Assembly: GCF_003324675.1 (NCBI RefSeq)
Contig: NZ_CP030918.1
Location: 1,560,001-1,592,000 of the forward strand
DNA length: 32,000 nt
Origin: Paracoccus suum
GTDB lineage: Bacteria > Pseudomonadota > Alphaproteobacteria > Rhodobacterales > Rhodobacteraceae
Direction: 5' to 3'
A program made the position numbers and the translations under genes. The notes beneath the pieces are model-generated. The model had not been told where the DNA came from. It searched no databases and worked only from the letters and a program-made list of their open reading frames with translations. This document shows, piece by piece, positions 23,101-32,000 of the stretch. The first letter of the stretch is position 1. Each line of letters begins with the position of its first letter.

Positions 23101-23609
23101 CCCATCTCGCGCATGGCGCGGGTCACGGCGCGGCGGATCACGGGGGCGCCGAGGCGGCGGACGGCGGCGCGCAGGGCGCCCGCGTCCTCCATGTCAGGGG
23201 CGAGCACGCCGCGCGTCAGCACCAGCCCCTCTGTCGCGGCATTGACGAGAGCCGAGCCGGAGCTGCGGCGATGCGCGCGCCAGTTGCCGGTGCCCACCTT
23301 GTCCGCGATCAGCGCATCGGCGGTGGCGCGGTCAGGCACGCGAAGCAGCGCCTCGGCCAGGGTCATCAGCGCGACACCCTCGCGGGTCGACAGCCCATAT
23401 TCGGCGAGGAACATTTCCATCAGGCCGGGACGCGCGCTGTCGCGGATCGCCTGCACCAGTTCGGCCCCGCGGGCGGTCGCGGCCAGCCGCTGCGCGGGGG
23501 TCGGGCCGAGCGGCGCCAGTGCTGCCAAAAGATCGGATTCCGTGGCAGCGTCAGCGGCGGTCATCACCGGGCGGGACTGGACGCAATGGGGCTGGGGAAT
23601 GTCGAACAT
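20106..23609 (-). CDS. putA: Bifunctional proline dehydrogenase / L-glutamate gamma-semialdehyde (P5C) dehydrogenase PutA
   Basis: About 1167 aa. The track start at 23627 is a TTG; the ATG at 23609 is preferred. Contains a proline dehydrogenase barrel region followed by an aldehyde dehydrogenase domain with the catalytic-Cys motif FQSAGQRCSALRCLYLQ. No N-terminal ribbon-helix-helix region is evident. Paired with a divergent Lrp-type regulator. Confidence 0.95.
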   Translation of the reverse strand: MFDIPQPHCVQSRPVMTAADAATESDLLAALAPLGPTPAQRLAATARGAELVQAIRDSARPGLMEMFLAEYGLSTREGVALMTLAEALLRVPDRATADALIADKVGTGNWRAHRRSSGSALVNAATEGLVLTRGVLAPDMEDAGALRAAVRRLGAPVIRRAVTRAMREMGDAFVLGRDITEALRRGRGPQAQGYTYSYDMLGEAAMTAADAQHFDQAYSTAIARLAGDCRSDDIRENPGISIKLSALHPRYQTAQSDRVMAELVPVVTRLARAARDARMGFNIDAEEQNRLELSLDVIAAVLDDPALEGWDGFGVVVQAYGKRAPAVLDWLYDQAGTRGRRLMVRLVKGAYWDSEIKRAQIDGAPGFSVFTRKAATDVSYLCCAGKLVGMTDRIYPQFATHNAHTVAAILAMTPDRKGWEFQRLHGMGEALHDIVRRAESTRCRIYAPVGPHKDLLAYLARRMLENGANSSFVNQVVDPDVPAAEAAADPFARLAAQPRNTAVIPPGDLFAPRRRNSAGADLQEPAMLAAWEAARAPFAQAEWHAAPILATAREGAEATAQPVENPARPNDRPGTVSEASAADADAALTAAWPWSAPVAERGDALRRAADLYESHRGEIAALLAREAGKTPADALGELREAVDFLRYYAAEAEALGDAAPRGIISAISPWNFPLAIFTGQIAAALAAGNAVLAKPAETTPLIAHRAVQLMHEAGVPRSALQLLPGAGSVLGPVLTGDPRVAGVVFTGSTATAQSINRTMAGALAPDAPLIAETGGLNAMIVDSTALPEQVVRDVIASAFQSAGQRCSALRCLYLQEDVAPAVLAMLTGAMDQLRIGDPWDAATDVGPVIDAKARATILDYVSAAEAEGRVLHRLNAPAEGHFVAPVLVRVGGIADLAREVFGPVLHVATFRARDLDTVIAAINASGYGLTFGLHSRMAGRVETVASKIRAGNIYVNRNQIGAVVGSQPFGGEGLSGTGPKAGGPSYVPAFVQPHDTKPEALTSPQGVPADADAVAAALAALPDEAGNLQAETMPGPTGEANRLTRHGRGPVLCLGPTLAEAEAQAAQARAAGAPALIVAPGARGPHAIDGWLDPALVAGLPHLAAVAWRAADDPAAQALRRALASRHGPLIPLLTEADITPRCRIERHICIDTTAAGGNTALLSAAG

Positions 23610-23732
23610 GGCGGCCTCGGGGTGCAATGGGTTGGCACAGCCATATGGCGGATCGAGCAGGAAAAGGGCCTGTCTTAGCGCCGGTTGCAGGCTTATGGTG
23701 CGAAGGATGGCGCAGGCTCAGGTCGAATACGC

Positions 23733-24200
23733 ATGAAACAGCCAAAGCACAGGCCGATCGACCGGATCGACGCCCGCATCCTGCGCGAGTTGGCGCGGGA
23801 CGGCCGCATGGCGGTCACCGACCTTGCCGCCCGGGTCGGGTTGTCCAAGTCGCCGACGCAGGTCCGGCTGGCGCGCCTGATCGAGGGCGGGGTGATCCGC
23901 GGCTTTCGCGCCATCCTCGACCCGGTGGCGATGGAGCGCGAGCATGTGGCCTTTGTCGAGGTCAAGCTGAAGGACACCTCCGAGGCCGCGCTGCGCGCCT
24001 TCAACGCCCGCGTGCGCGAACTGCCCGAAATCGAGCAGTGCCACATGATCGCCGGCGCGTTCGATTACCTGCTGAAAGTCCGCACCCATGATATCCGCGA
24101 ATACCGCGCGGTCTTGGGCGAGACGATCAGCGCCCTGCCGCATGTCGAGAGTACCTCGACCCATGTCAGCATGGAGGCGGTGAAGGATGTGTTGCTTTAG
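23733..24200 (+). CDS. putR: Lrp/AsnC-family transcriptional regulator, probably the proline-responsive activator of putA
   Basis: The ATG at 23733 gives MKQPKHRPIDRIDARILRELARDGRMAVTDLAARVGLSKSPTQVRLARLIEGGVIRGF, an AsnC-type HTH, followed by a RAM domain. The divergent putA/putR arrangement is known in Rhodobacter capsulatus and Agrobacterium. Confidence 0.85.
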   Translation: MKQPKHRPIDRIDARILRELARDGRMAVTDLAARVGLSKSPTQVRLARLIEGGVIRGFRAILDPVAMEREHVAFVEVKLKDTSEAALRAFNARVRELPEIEQCHMIAGAFDYLLKVRTHDIREYRAVLGETISALPHVESTSTHVSMEAVKDVLL

Positions 24201-24261
24201 CGTTTGGGCTGGGGAGGAGTTGGGGTGCGCGGCTGGCGGTACCTGATTACCACTCCGCCGC

Positions 24262-24309
24262 GCGCCCAGTGGCCTTTGGCCGCTACCCATTGCCGAGGGC
24301 CACTGGCGC
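24262..24309. repeat. Strong inverted repeat/hairpin in a convergent intergenic region
   Basis: CCAGTGGCC (24266-24274) and GGCCACTGG (24298-24306) form a perfect 9-bp inverted repeat. It extends by GCG/CGC if one base is bulged. Loop is 23 nt. No T-tract follows on either strand. Confidence 0.5.
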
Positions 24310-24466
24310 TGGTCATTGGCCACACCCGCTGACGAGCACAGTCTGCTGTTGTTAACCCGTGGCGTCCTGTCGTCAGGCTCGGGGTGCAGTCGGTTGGTCG
24401 TCTACCACCACACCGGCGGCCGGCCCGGCACAGTCGGAAATCACCCTCTCAACCTCAGCCCCAACC

Positions 24467-25903
24467 TCAGCCGCGCGCGTAAGCATCCTCGTAGCGGATG
24501 ATGTCGTCCTCGCCGAGATAGGCGCCGGTCTGCACCTCGATCAGGACCATCGGCACGCGGCCCGGGTTTTCCAGGCGGTGCAGCGCGCCCAAGGGTACAT
24601 AGATCGACTGGTTCTCGGCCATCAGGGTGACCTGCTCGCCGACCGTGACCCGGGCGGTGCCGCTAACGACGATCCAGTGCTCGGCCCGGTGCATGTGGCT
24701 TTGCAGTGACAGGGACGCGCCGGGGTGGACGACGATGCGCTTGACCTGGAACCGCTCGCCCAGCACCAGCGTCTCGAACCAGCCCCACGGGCGGTGGTCG
24801 CGCAGGAAGGCCTCGGCCTGGCGGGCGCCCTTGTCCTTGAGGGCGGCGACCGCGCGCCGCACCTCCTGCGCGCGGGACATGGGCGCGACGAGCACGGCGT
24901 CGCCCGTGGCGACAACCATGGTATCCTCGAGGCCGATGCCCACGACCTCGACCCCGTCGGCCTCGGATCGCAGCAGGACGTTCGTGCAATCGATGGCGGT
25001 CGAGCGGGGGTCGGTCACGCTGCCGCCAGCCGCGCCAGCGGGCAGTTGCTCGCGCCAGACGGCGTCCCAGCCGCCAAGGTCCGACCAATGCCCGGAAAAG
25101 CGAACGACGCTGAGGTTGGGTGCCTTCTCCATGACCGCGTAGTCGATCGAGAGGTCCGGCAGCCGTGACCAGGCCTTCGGGTCAAGGCGCAGGAAGCCCA
25201 GGTCGGTGGTCGCGCCCTTCAGCGCCGCCTCGACCGGCGGCAGAAAATCGGGCGCATGGGCGCGGAACGCATCAATCATGGTGCGCGCGGTGAAAAGGAA
25301 GATCCCCGCGTTCCACAGATAGCGCCCCTCGGCCAACATGGCGGCTGCGGCAGAGGCGTCGGGTTTTTCGACGAACCGGCGCAGCGGTGTCGGCCCGTCG
25401 CCGGGCGGCCCGTCGAGCTCGAGCCAGCCATAGCCGGTCTCGGCCCGGGTCGGGGCGATGCCGAAGGTGACGATCTGTCCGGCGCGCGCGGCCGGAACCC
25501 CGGCGGCGATACTCGCACCGAACGCCTCGGTATCGGGCACGACATGGTCTGAGGGCGCGACCAGCATCAGCGCATCCGGGTCGGTAGCGGCGGCATGGAG
25601 GGCCGCGGCGAGGATCGCGGGCGCGGTGTTGCGGGCCGATGGCTCGATCAGCACCGCCTGCGGGGCGATGTCGATCTCGGCCAGTTGCTCGGTCACGATA
25701 AAGCGGAAATCACCATTGGTGGTGACGATCGGTGCATCGAAGTGGGTACCCGACAGCCGCAGGGCCGAGGCCTGGAACAGCGATTGAGCCCCGAGGAGCG
25801 GCGCGAACTGCTTGGGAAAGGCCTTGCGCGAGACCGGCCACAGGCGTGTGCCGGCGCCGCCGACAAGCAGGACGGGAATGATCGCGGGCGTCGGATCGGA
25901 CAT
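24467..25903 (-). CDS. manC: Bifunctional mannose-1-phosphate guanylyltransferase / mannose-6-phosphate isomerase (type II PMI-GMP)
   Basis: Start re-assigned to the ATG at 25903 (MSDPTPAIIPVLLVGGAGTRLWPVSRKAFPKQF, the nucleotidyltransferase signature). C-terminal cupin HRPWGWFETLVLGERFQVKRIVVHPGASLSLQSHMHRAEHWIVVSG. 478 aa. Confidence 0.9.
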   Translation of the reverse strand: MSDPTPAIIPVLLVGGAGTRLWPVSRKAFPKQFAPLLGAQSLFQASALRLSGTHFDAPIVTTNGDFRFIVTEQLAEIDIAPQAVLIEPSARNTAPAILAAALHAAATDPDALMLVAPSDHVVPDTEAFGASIAAGVPAARAGQIVTFGIAPTRAETGYGWLELDGPPGDGPTPLRRFVEKPDASAAAAMLAEGRYLWNAGIFLFTARTMIDAFRAHAPDFLPPVEAALKGATTDLGFLRLDPKAWSRLPDLSIDYAVMEKAPNLSVVRFSGHWSDLGGWDAVWREQLPAGAAGGSVTDPRSTAIDCTNVLLRSEADGVEVVGIGLEDTMVVATGDAVLVAPMSRAQEVRRAVAALKDKGARQAEAFLRDHRPWGWFETLVLGERFQVKRIVVHPGASLSLQSHMHRAEHWIVVSGTARVTVGEQVTLMAENQSIYVPLGALHRLENPGRVPMVLIEVQTGAYLGEDDIIRYEDAYARG

Positions 25904-26206
25904 GGGCGGCCTCACTTGCTGCGGCTCGGTGATAGCCCGCGGCGCGGCGCGAGGCGAGGGGGTGCGGAGGGCGCGAGGGATTTCGGCGCTGGCGGTCGGT
26001 GGCCGCACCGGGAGGTTTCCCGGCGGTGGCAGATCGCAGGTCGCTGCCAATGCCCGCGCTGCAGCACGGCTGATGGTCGCCCATGCCGGGCCTCACTGAT
26101 CTCCGGGCCGCCGCGCGGTTCGGCTCCGTCGCCGGCTGCGGTGCCCGGCAGGTTCCCGCGGCACCCTCGTTTGTAGGGCGCCGCAGCCGCCGCGCTTTGC
26201 CAGCCG

Positions 26207-28012
<1,806 letters not shown>

Positions 28013-28125
28013 GGCGGGCTTCCTTTGGCGGCTGCGAGAAGGGCGAGGCGTCAGCGGTTAATAAGGTAAGTCGTTAGCGGTAACGGGGCAAGGGCAGGCG
28101 ACAGGCATCCGCCTCGCGTCGGCGT

Positions 28126-28542
28126 ATGGTCGGCCGCGTCGAAACCGGGGGCGGGCAGGTGCGCAATTTTGATTTCAGCTCGATGCATGGGCTGCTGACG
28201 ACCCTGATGGGGCTGGCGCTGTTCACGCTGATCGGGGTCGGCGTGCGAGTCCTGGTGATGCTGACGATCCAGGCACGCCAGCAGCGGGTGAACCGCCAGA
28301 TCAACGAGCGGCTGCGCACGCTGATCGCCGCCTACAAGACACTCGGCGGATCGTTTACCGGCGAGTTGACGGTCAGCCCGCGACATTTCCGCGAGGTGCG
28401 CGCCGCGGCGGGCGAGGATGGCGCGCCGGCCGATGCCGAGGCGGGAGATCGCGCCCGCCGCATTCGCGACGCGGTCGAGGCGGCACTGTCCGACATCCTG
28501 CTGCTGGGCACCGAGGATCAGGTACGGCTGACCCCGTCGTGA
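28126..28542 (+). CDS. Hypothetical small membrane-anchored protein with one predicted TM helix; possibly truncated
   Basis: ATG at 28126, with an alternative ATG at 28183 (MHGLLTTLMGLALFTLIGVGVRVLVMLTI). A hydrophobic helix is followed by a charged helical region (QARQQRVNRQINERLRTLIAAYK). About 295 nt of apparently non-coding GC-rich DNA follows. Confidence 0.4.
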   Translation: MVGRVETGGGQVRNFDFSSMHGLLTTLMGLALFTLIGVGVRVLVMLTIQARQQRVNRQINERLRTLIAAYKTLGGSFTGELTVSPRHFREVRAAAGEDGAPADAEAGDRARRIRDAVEAALSDILLLGTEDQVRLTPS

Positions 28543-28837
28543 CGGCTTGGGGTGGTCGGGCCACGGTGACAACTTGCGCGCCCGCTCGTGCCGCCTGACG
28601 CCGCAACCGCGCGGTCCGTGGTCCGAGGCGTTGGGCCACACGACGCGGCGCCCTTCTTGGGCTCCTCCTCCGGGCAGCACCGGTGTGGCCGAGGCCTCCT
28701 GTGTGCGACGGGCGCCCCCGTGCGGCGAGCATTGGATCCGGCGCGTCGGCCCGCTTTCACCGCACTCCGCCGCGCTCCGGTCCCACGGCACCGCGCCTTG
28801 CCCCCCGGACCCGGACCGTGGCACAGGGACGCGTTCC

Positions 28838-30049
28838 ATGTTTCAGCCAAAGGCCGCCATGCTGCCCATCTTCCGCCTGCGCCCCAAGACCAAGCCTCAG
28901 GCGATCCGGCACGGGTTTCCATGGGTTTATGCCGATGAGGTCGTCCTCGACCGCCGCACGAAGGGCATCGAGCCGGGCAGTTTCGCCGTCCTTCAGGATG
29001 ATGCTCAGCGGCCGATGGGGGTCGTGACCGTCAACCCGGTGTCAAAAATCGTCGCCCGGATGATGGACCCCGACCCGGAAGCGGTGATCGACCGGGCCTG
29101 GCTTGCCGGCCGGATCAGCCGCGCGCTGGCCCTGCGCGAGCGGCTCTACGACGCGCCGTTCTACCGTCTGGTCCATGCCGAGGCTGACGGGTTGCCGGGC
29201 CTGGTGATCGACCGCTTTGGTGATCTCGCCGTGATCCAGCCGAACGCCGCCTGGGCCGAGCGCATGTCTGGGGACATCGCCGCGGCGCTCGTGGATGTCT
29301 GCGGCCTTGGCACGGTCATCCTGAACGGTGCCGGCCGGGCCCGATCGCTCGAAGGCCTGTCCGAACGGATGGAGGCGTTGATTGGCGACGCGCCCGCCGC
29401 CCCGATCGAGGTGCCGATGAACGGCGCGATCTATCTGGCGGATGTGATGGGCGGGCAAAAGACCGGCCTGTTCTACGACCAGCGGCCCAACCACGCCTTT
29501 GCGCAGCGTCTCGCGGCCGGTGCGCGGGTGTTGGACGTGTTCACCCATGTGGGCGGCTTTGGCCTTGCTGCGCTGGCCGCCGGGGCGATGCATGCGACCT
29601 GCGTCGACGGCTCGGCCCCCGCGCTAGCGCTGGCCGAGGGCGGGGCGGCGGCCATGGGCGCCGCAGACCGGCTGACCACCCGGCGCGAGGATGCCTTTGC
29701 CGCGATGGAGGGGCTGGCGTCCGAGGGCGCCAGCTTTGAGCTGGTGATCTGCGATCCGCCCGCCTTTGCCCCCGCCAAGCCCGCGCTCGAGGCCGGGTTG
29801 CGCGCTTACGAGCGGGTCGCCCGCCTTGCCGCGCCGCTGGTCGCGCCCGGCGGATACCTGTGCCTTTGCTCTTGCAGCCATGCGGCCGATCTGGCGGCCT
29901 TCCGCAACGCCTCGGCCCGCGGCATCGGTCGAGGCGGCCGGCGGATGCAGCTCATCCACACCGGCTTTGCCGGGCCCGACCATCCGATGCTGCCGCAACT
30001 GGCCGAGAGCGGATATCTGAAGGCGCTGTTCTTTCGGCTGGACGGCTGA
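28838..30049 (+). CDS. Class I SAM-dependent rRNA methyltransferase (RlmI/RlmK-like, with a PUA-like N-terminal region)
   Basis: Start at the ATG at 28838, or at 28859. The track ORF from 28547 adds an implausible Arg/Pro-rich leader. N-terminus RHGFPWVYADEVV. SAM-binding segment RVLDVFTHVGGFGLAA. Motif ICDPPAFAP, typical of the RlmI family. Confidence 0.8.
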   Translation: MFQPKAAMLPIFRLRPKTKPQAIRHGFPWVYADEVVLDRRTKGIEPGSFAVLQDDAQRPMGVVTVNPVSKIVARMMDPDPEAVIDRAWLAGRISRALALRERLYDAPFYRLVHAEADGLPGLVIDRFGDLAVIQPNAAWAERMSGDIAAALVDVCGLGTVILNGAGRARSLEGLSERMEALIGDAPAAPIEVPMNGAIYLADVMGGQKTGLFYDQRPNHAFAQRLAAGARVLDVFTHVGGFGLAALAAGAMHATCVDGSAPALALAEGGAAAMGAADRLTTRREDAFAAMEGLASEGASFELVICDPPAFAPAKPALEAGLRAYERVARLAAPLVAPGGYLCLCSCSHAADLAAFRNASARGIGRGGRRMQLIHTGFAGPDHPMLPQLAESGYLKALFFRLDG

Positions 30050-30588
30050 TGCGGGCGGTGCTGGACGCCTGCGTCCTTTACCCCACCGTCCTGCGCGAGA
30101 TCCTGCTTGGCTGCGCCTCGCGCGGGCTGATCGAACCCGTCTGGTCGGCCCGCATCCTCGGCGAATGGACCCGCGCCGCCGCCCGCCTCGGACCCGAGGG
30201 CGCGCGCGTCTCGGGGGTCGAGGCGGCGCTCGCGCAGGCCGCCTTTCCTGCCGCGATGGCCGCCGATGACGGCAGCCGCGCCATCGGCCTTGACCTGCCG
30301 GACCCGGCCGACCGCCATGTGATCGAAGCCGCCCTGGCGCGCGGCGCGCCGCTGATCATCACCGCCAACCTGCGCGATTTCCCGCGCCACGCGCTGGCCG
30401 CCGTGGGGCTGGAGTCGCGCCACCCCGACGAGGTGTTGTCCTCGCTCTGGCGTAGCGCGCCGGAATCCGTCACGGCCGCGGTCCACGACGCCCATGCCCG
30501 GGCCGAGGCCGCGGGGGGGCCGCTGGAATTGCGCGATATGTTGAAACGCGCGCGCCTGCCCCGGCTGGCGAAACTGCTCCGGGACTGA
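30049..30588 (+). CDS. PIN-domain protein of 179 aa, with no cognate antitoxin visible
   Basis: The ATG at 30049 shares one base with the methyltransferase stop (TGATG). N-terminal acidic residue in MRAVLDACVLY, plus later LPDPADRHVIEAAL and IITANLRDF, match the layout of PIN acidic active-site residues. From memory it resembles a Rhodobacter-type PIN family; this needs a database check. Confidence 0.7.
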   Translation: MRAVLDACVLYPTVLREILLGCASRGLIEPVWSARILGEWTRAAARLGPEGARVSGVEAALAQAAFPAAMAADDGSRAIGLDLPDPADRHVIEAALARGAPLIITANLRDFPRHALAAVGLESRHPDEVLSSLWRSAPESVTAAVHDAHARAEAAGGPLELRDMLKRARLPRLAKLLRD

Positions 30589-30679
30589 TGCGGCCCCCGT
30601 CCCGATCCGCAGGCGTGCCTTGCCGCTGACACGCCGAGGGCTTATCCGCTGGACCGCCCGCTGTCAGAACGGAGGCAAC

Positions 30680-32000
30680 ATGGTCTCGCGCGTCATTCCA
30701 GTCGATGAGTTCGACCTCGTGATCTTTGGGGCGACCGGCGATCTGGCGCATCGCAAGATCCTGCCGGGACTGTTCCGGCGCTGGCTTGCCGGCCAGATCC
30801 CCGAAGGGGCGCGGATCATCGGCGCCGCCCGCACCCAGCAGGATGCCGCCGCCTTTCGGGCCGAGGCGATCGCCGCCATCAAGGAATACAGCGGCACGCC
30901 GCCCGATGCAGCCAGCCTCGACAGCTTTGCCGCGCATCTGGATTACATCGCCGTCGATGCCACCGGCGAGACGGGCTGGGACACCCTCGCCAAGACCATG
31001 CGGCCGGGAGTCATCCGGGCATTCTACTTTTCTGTCGCGCCGGCGCTGTTCGGCGCCATTGCTGAGCGTCTGGCGAGCCATGGCATCGCCGATGCGGACA
31101 GCCGGATCGTGGTCGAAAAACCCTTCGGCCGCGATCTGGAAAGCGCCCGGGCGCTGAACGGGACCCTCGCCCAGCACTTTGCCGAGGGGCAGATCTACCG
31201 GATCGACCATTACCTGGGCAAGGAAACGGTCCAGAACCTGATGGCCGTGCGCTTTGCCAACATGCTGTTCGAGCCGCTGTGGAACGCGCAGAACATCGAC
31301 CATGTGCAGATCACGGTGGCCGAGACTGTGGGTGTTGCCGGGCGCGGCAGCTATTACGACCAGTCGGGCGCGATCCGCGACATGGTCCAGAACCACATGA
31401 TGCAGCTGCTTTGCCTGATCGCGATGGAGCCGCCGTGGCATTTCGACCCCGACGCGGTGCGTGATGAAAAGCTGAAAGTGATCCGCGCACTGGCCCCTAT
31501 TGGACCGGAGGACATAGTGCGCGGCCAGTATCGCGGCCCGGCCGAGGACTACCGTGCCGATGCCGAAAACCCGGACAGCCGGACTGAAAGCTTTGTCGCC
31601 CTGAAGGTAGAGATCGCCAACTGGCGCTGGACCGGCACGCCCTTCTATCTGCGCACAGGCAAGCGGCTGCGGGCCCGCACTTCCGAGATCGCGGTGATCT
31701 TCAAGGAGCCGCCGCATTCGATCTTTGACGAGAGCGACCCTCCCGCCAATGCGCTCGTCATAAAACTGCAGCCCAACGAGGGCATGACGCTGCGCGTGAA
31801 CATCAAGGAGCCGGGACCGGGCGGTATGCGCCTCGTGCAGGTGCCCCTCGACATGAGCTTTGCCGAGGCGCTGGGGCCGGACGGGACCGACATGCCGGAC
31901 GCATACGAGCGGCTGATCATGGACGTGATCCGTGGCAACCAGACCCTGTTCATGCGCGGCGACGAGGTCGAGGCCGCCTGGGCCTGGACCGACCCGATCA
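30680..32000 (+). CDS. zwf: Glucose-6-phosphate 1-dehydrogenase, 3'-truncated by the window edge
   Basis: Absent from the ORF track because it has no stop in the window. GGAGG at 30671-30675 and ATG at 30680. Hand translation gives MVSRVIPVDEFDLVIFGATGDLAHRKILPGLF, the NADP-binding signature, and IDHYLGKETVQNL (about 31202-31240), the G6PD active-site motif. The frame is open to the window end. Confidence 0.95.
   Translation, partial: MVSRVIPVDEFDLVIFGATGDLAHRKILPGLFRRWLAGQIPEGARIIGAARTQQDAAAFRAEAIAAIKEYSGTPPDAASLDSFAAHLDYIAVDATGETGWDTLAKTMRPGVIRAFYFSVAPALFGAIAERLASHGIADADSRIVVEKPFGRDLESARALNGTLAQHFAEGQIYRIDHYLGKETVQNLMAVRFANMLFEPLWNAQNIDHVQITVAETVGVAGRGSYYDQSGAIRDMVQNHMMQLLCLIAMEPPWHFDPDAVRDEKLKVIRALAPIGPEDIVRGQYRGPAEDYRADAENPDSRTESFVALKVEIANWRWTGTPFYLRTGKRLRARTSEIAVIFKEPPHSIFDESDPPANALVIKLQPNEGMTLRVNIKEPGPGGMRLVQVPLDMSFAEALGPDGTDMPDAYERLIMDVIRGNQTLFMRGDEVEAAWAWTDPI

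Noticed and set aside
22119-23678. 519-aa plus-strand ORF, and the other plus-strand ORFs in 20134-23736
   Set aside because: They are antisense to putA. Their composition is low-complexity Arg/Gly/Ala. No ribosome-binding site or family signature is present.
28051-28839. 262-aa minus-strand ORF spanning the edd upstream region and the small membrane-protein ORF
   Set aside because: Its composition is Arg/Gly/Pro-rich and it has no motif. It would run through the edd promoter region. The plus-strand ORF, with a clean TM helix, is the more plausible of the two, although still uncertain.
30049-30588. Classical VapBC toxin-antitoxin module
   Set aside because: No antitoxin-sized ORF is adjacent. 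The upstream partner is a 403-aa methyltransferase. It is therefore reported as an orphan PIN, not as a TA system.
30470-31717. 415-aa minus-strand ORF
   Set aside because: It lies entirely antisense to zwf, whose identity is secured by the FGATGDLA and DHYLGKE motifs. Its product is Arg/Gly/Pro/Ala-rich with no motifs. This is a typical high-GC shadow ORF.

Overview
Very GC-rich bacterial chromosome segment; gene content suggests an alphaproteobacterium, probably Rhodobacterales (inference, and G+C was not computed). I saw no rRNA, tRNA, CRISPR array, transposase or integrase.

Left to right:
(1) 1-4330, + strand: a 5'-truncated TonB-dependent receptor plus a FecB/BtuF-type binding protein, a FecCD permease and an ATPase.
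(2) 4335-11116: a LacI-family repressor transcribed divergently from a sugar module. The module has a xylose-isomerase-like TIM-barrel enzyme, a Gfo/Idh/MocA oxidoreductase and a ribose-type ABC importer. A perfect 14-bp LacI-type operator lies in the shared promoter region.
(3) 11326-20008, - strand: the most interesting region. Seven co-oriented genes, five of the six junctions either overlapping (4-8 nt) or separated by only 70 nt. They encode two MarR-like paralogues at the two ends, a GT2-unknown-GT4 fusion (881 aa), a separate GT4 enzyme, and three proteins (468, 181, 497 aa) that I cannot place in any family. The locus has no flippase, polymerase, exporter, priming transferase or sugar-nucleotide enzymes.
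(4) 20106-24200: putA and a divergent Lrp/AsnC-type putR.
(5) 24467-32000: manC, edd, a small membrane-protein ORF, an RlmI-like rRNA methyltransferase overlapping an antitoxin-less PIN-domain gene by 1 nt, and a 3'-truncated zwf.

Most other long ORFs in the track are antisense or out-of-frame shadows typical of high-GC DNA. The ORF track treats GTG and TTG as M, so several starts were re-assigned after reading the DNA directly.
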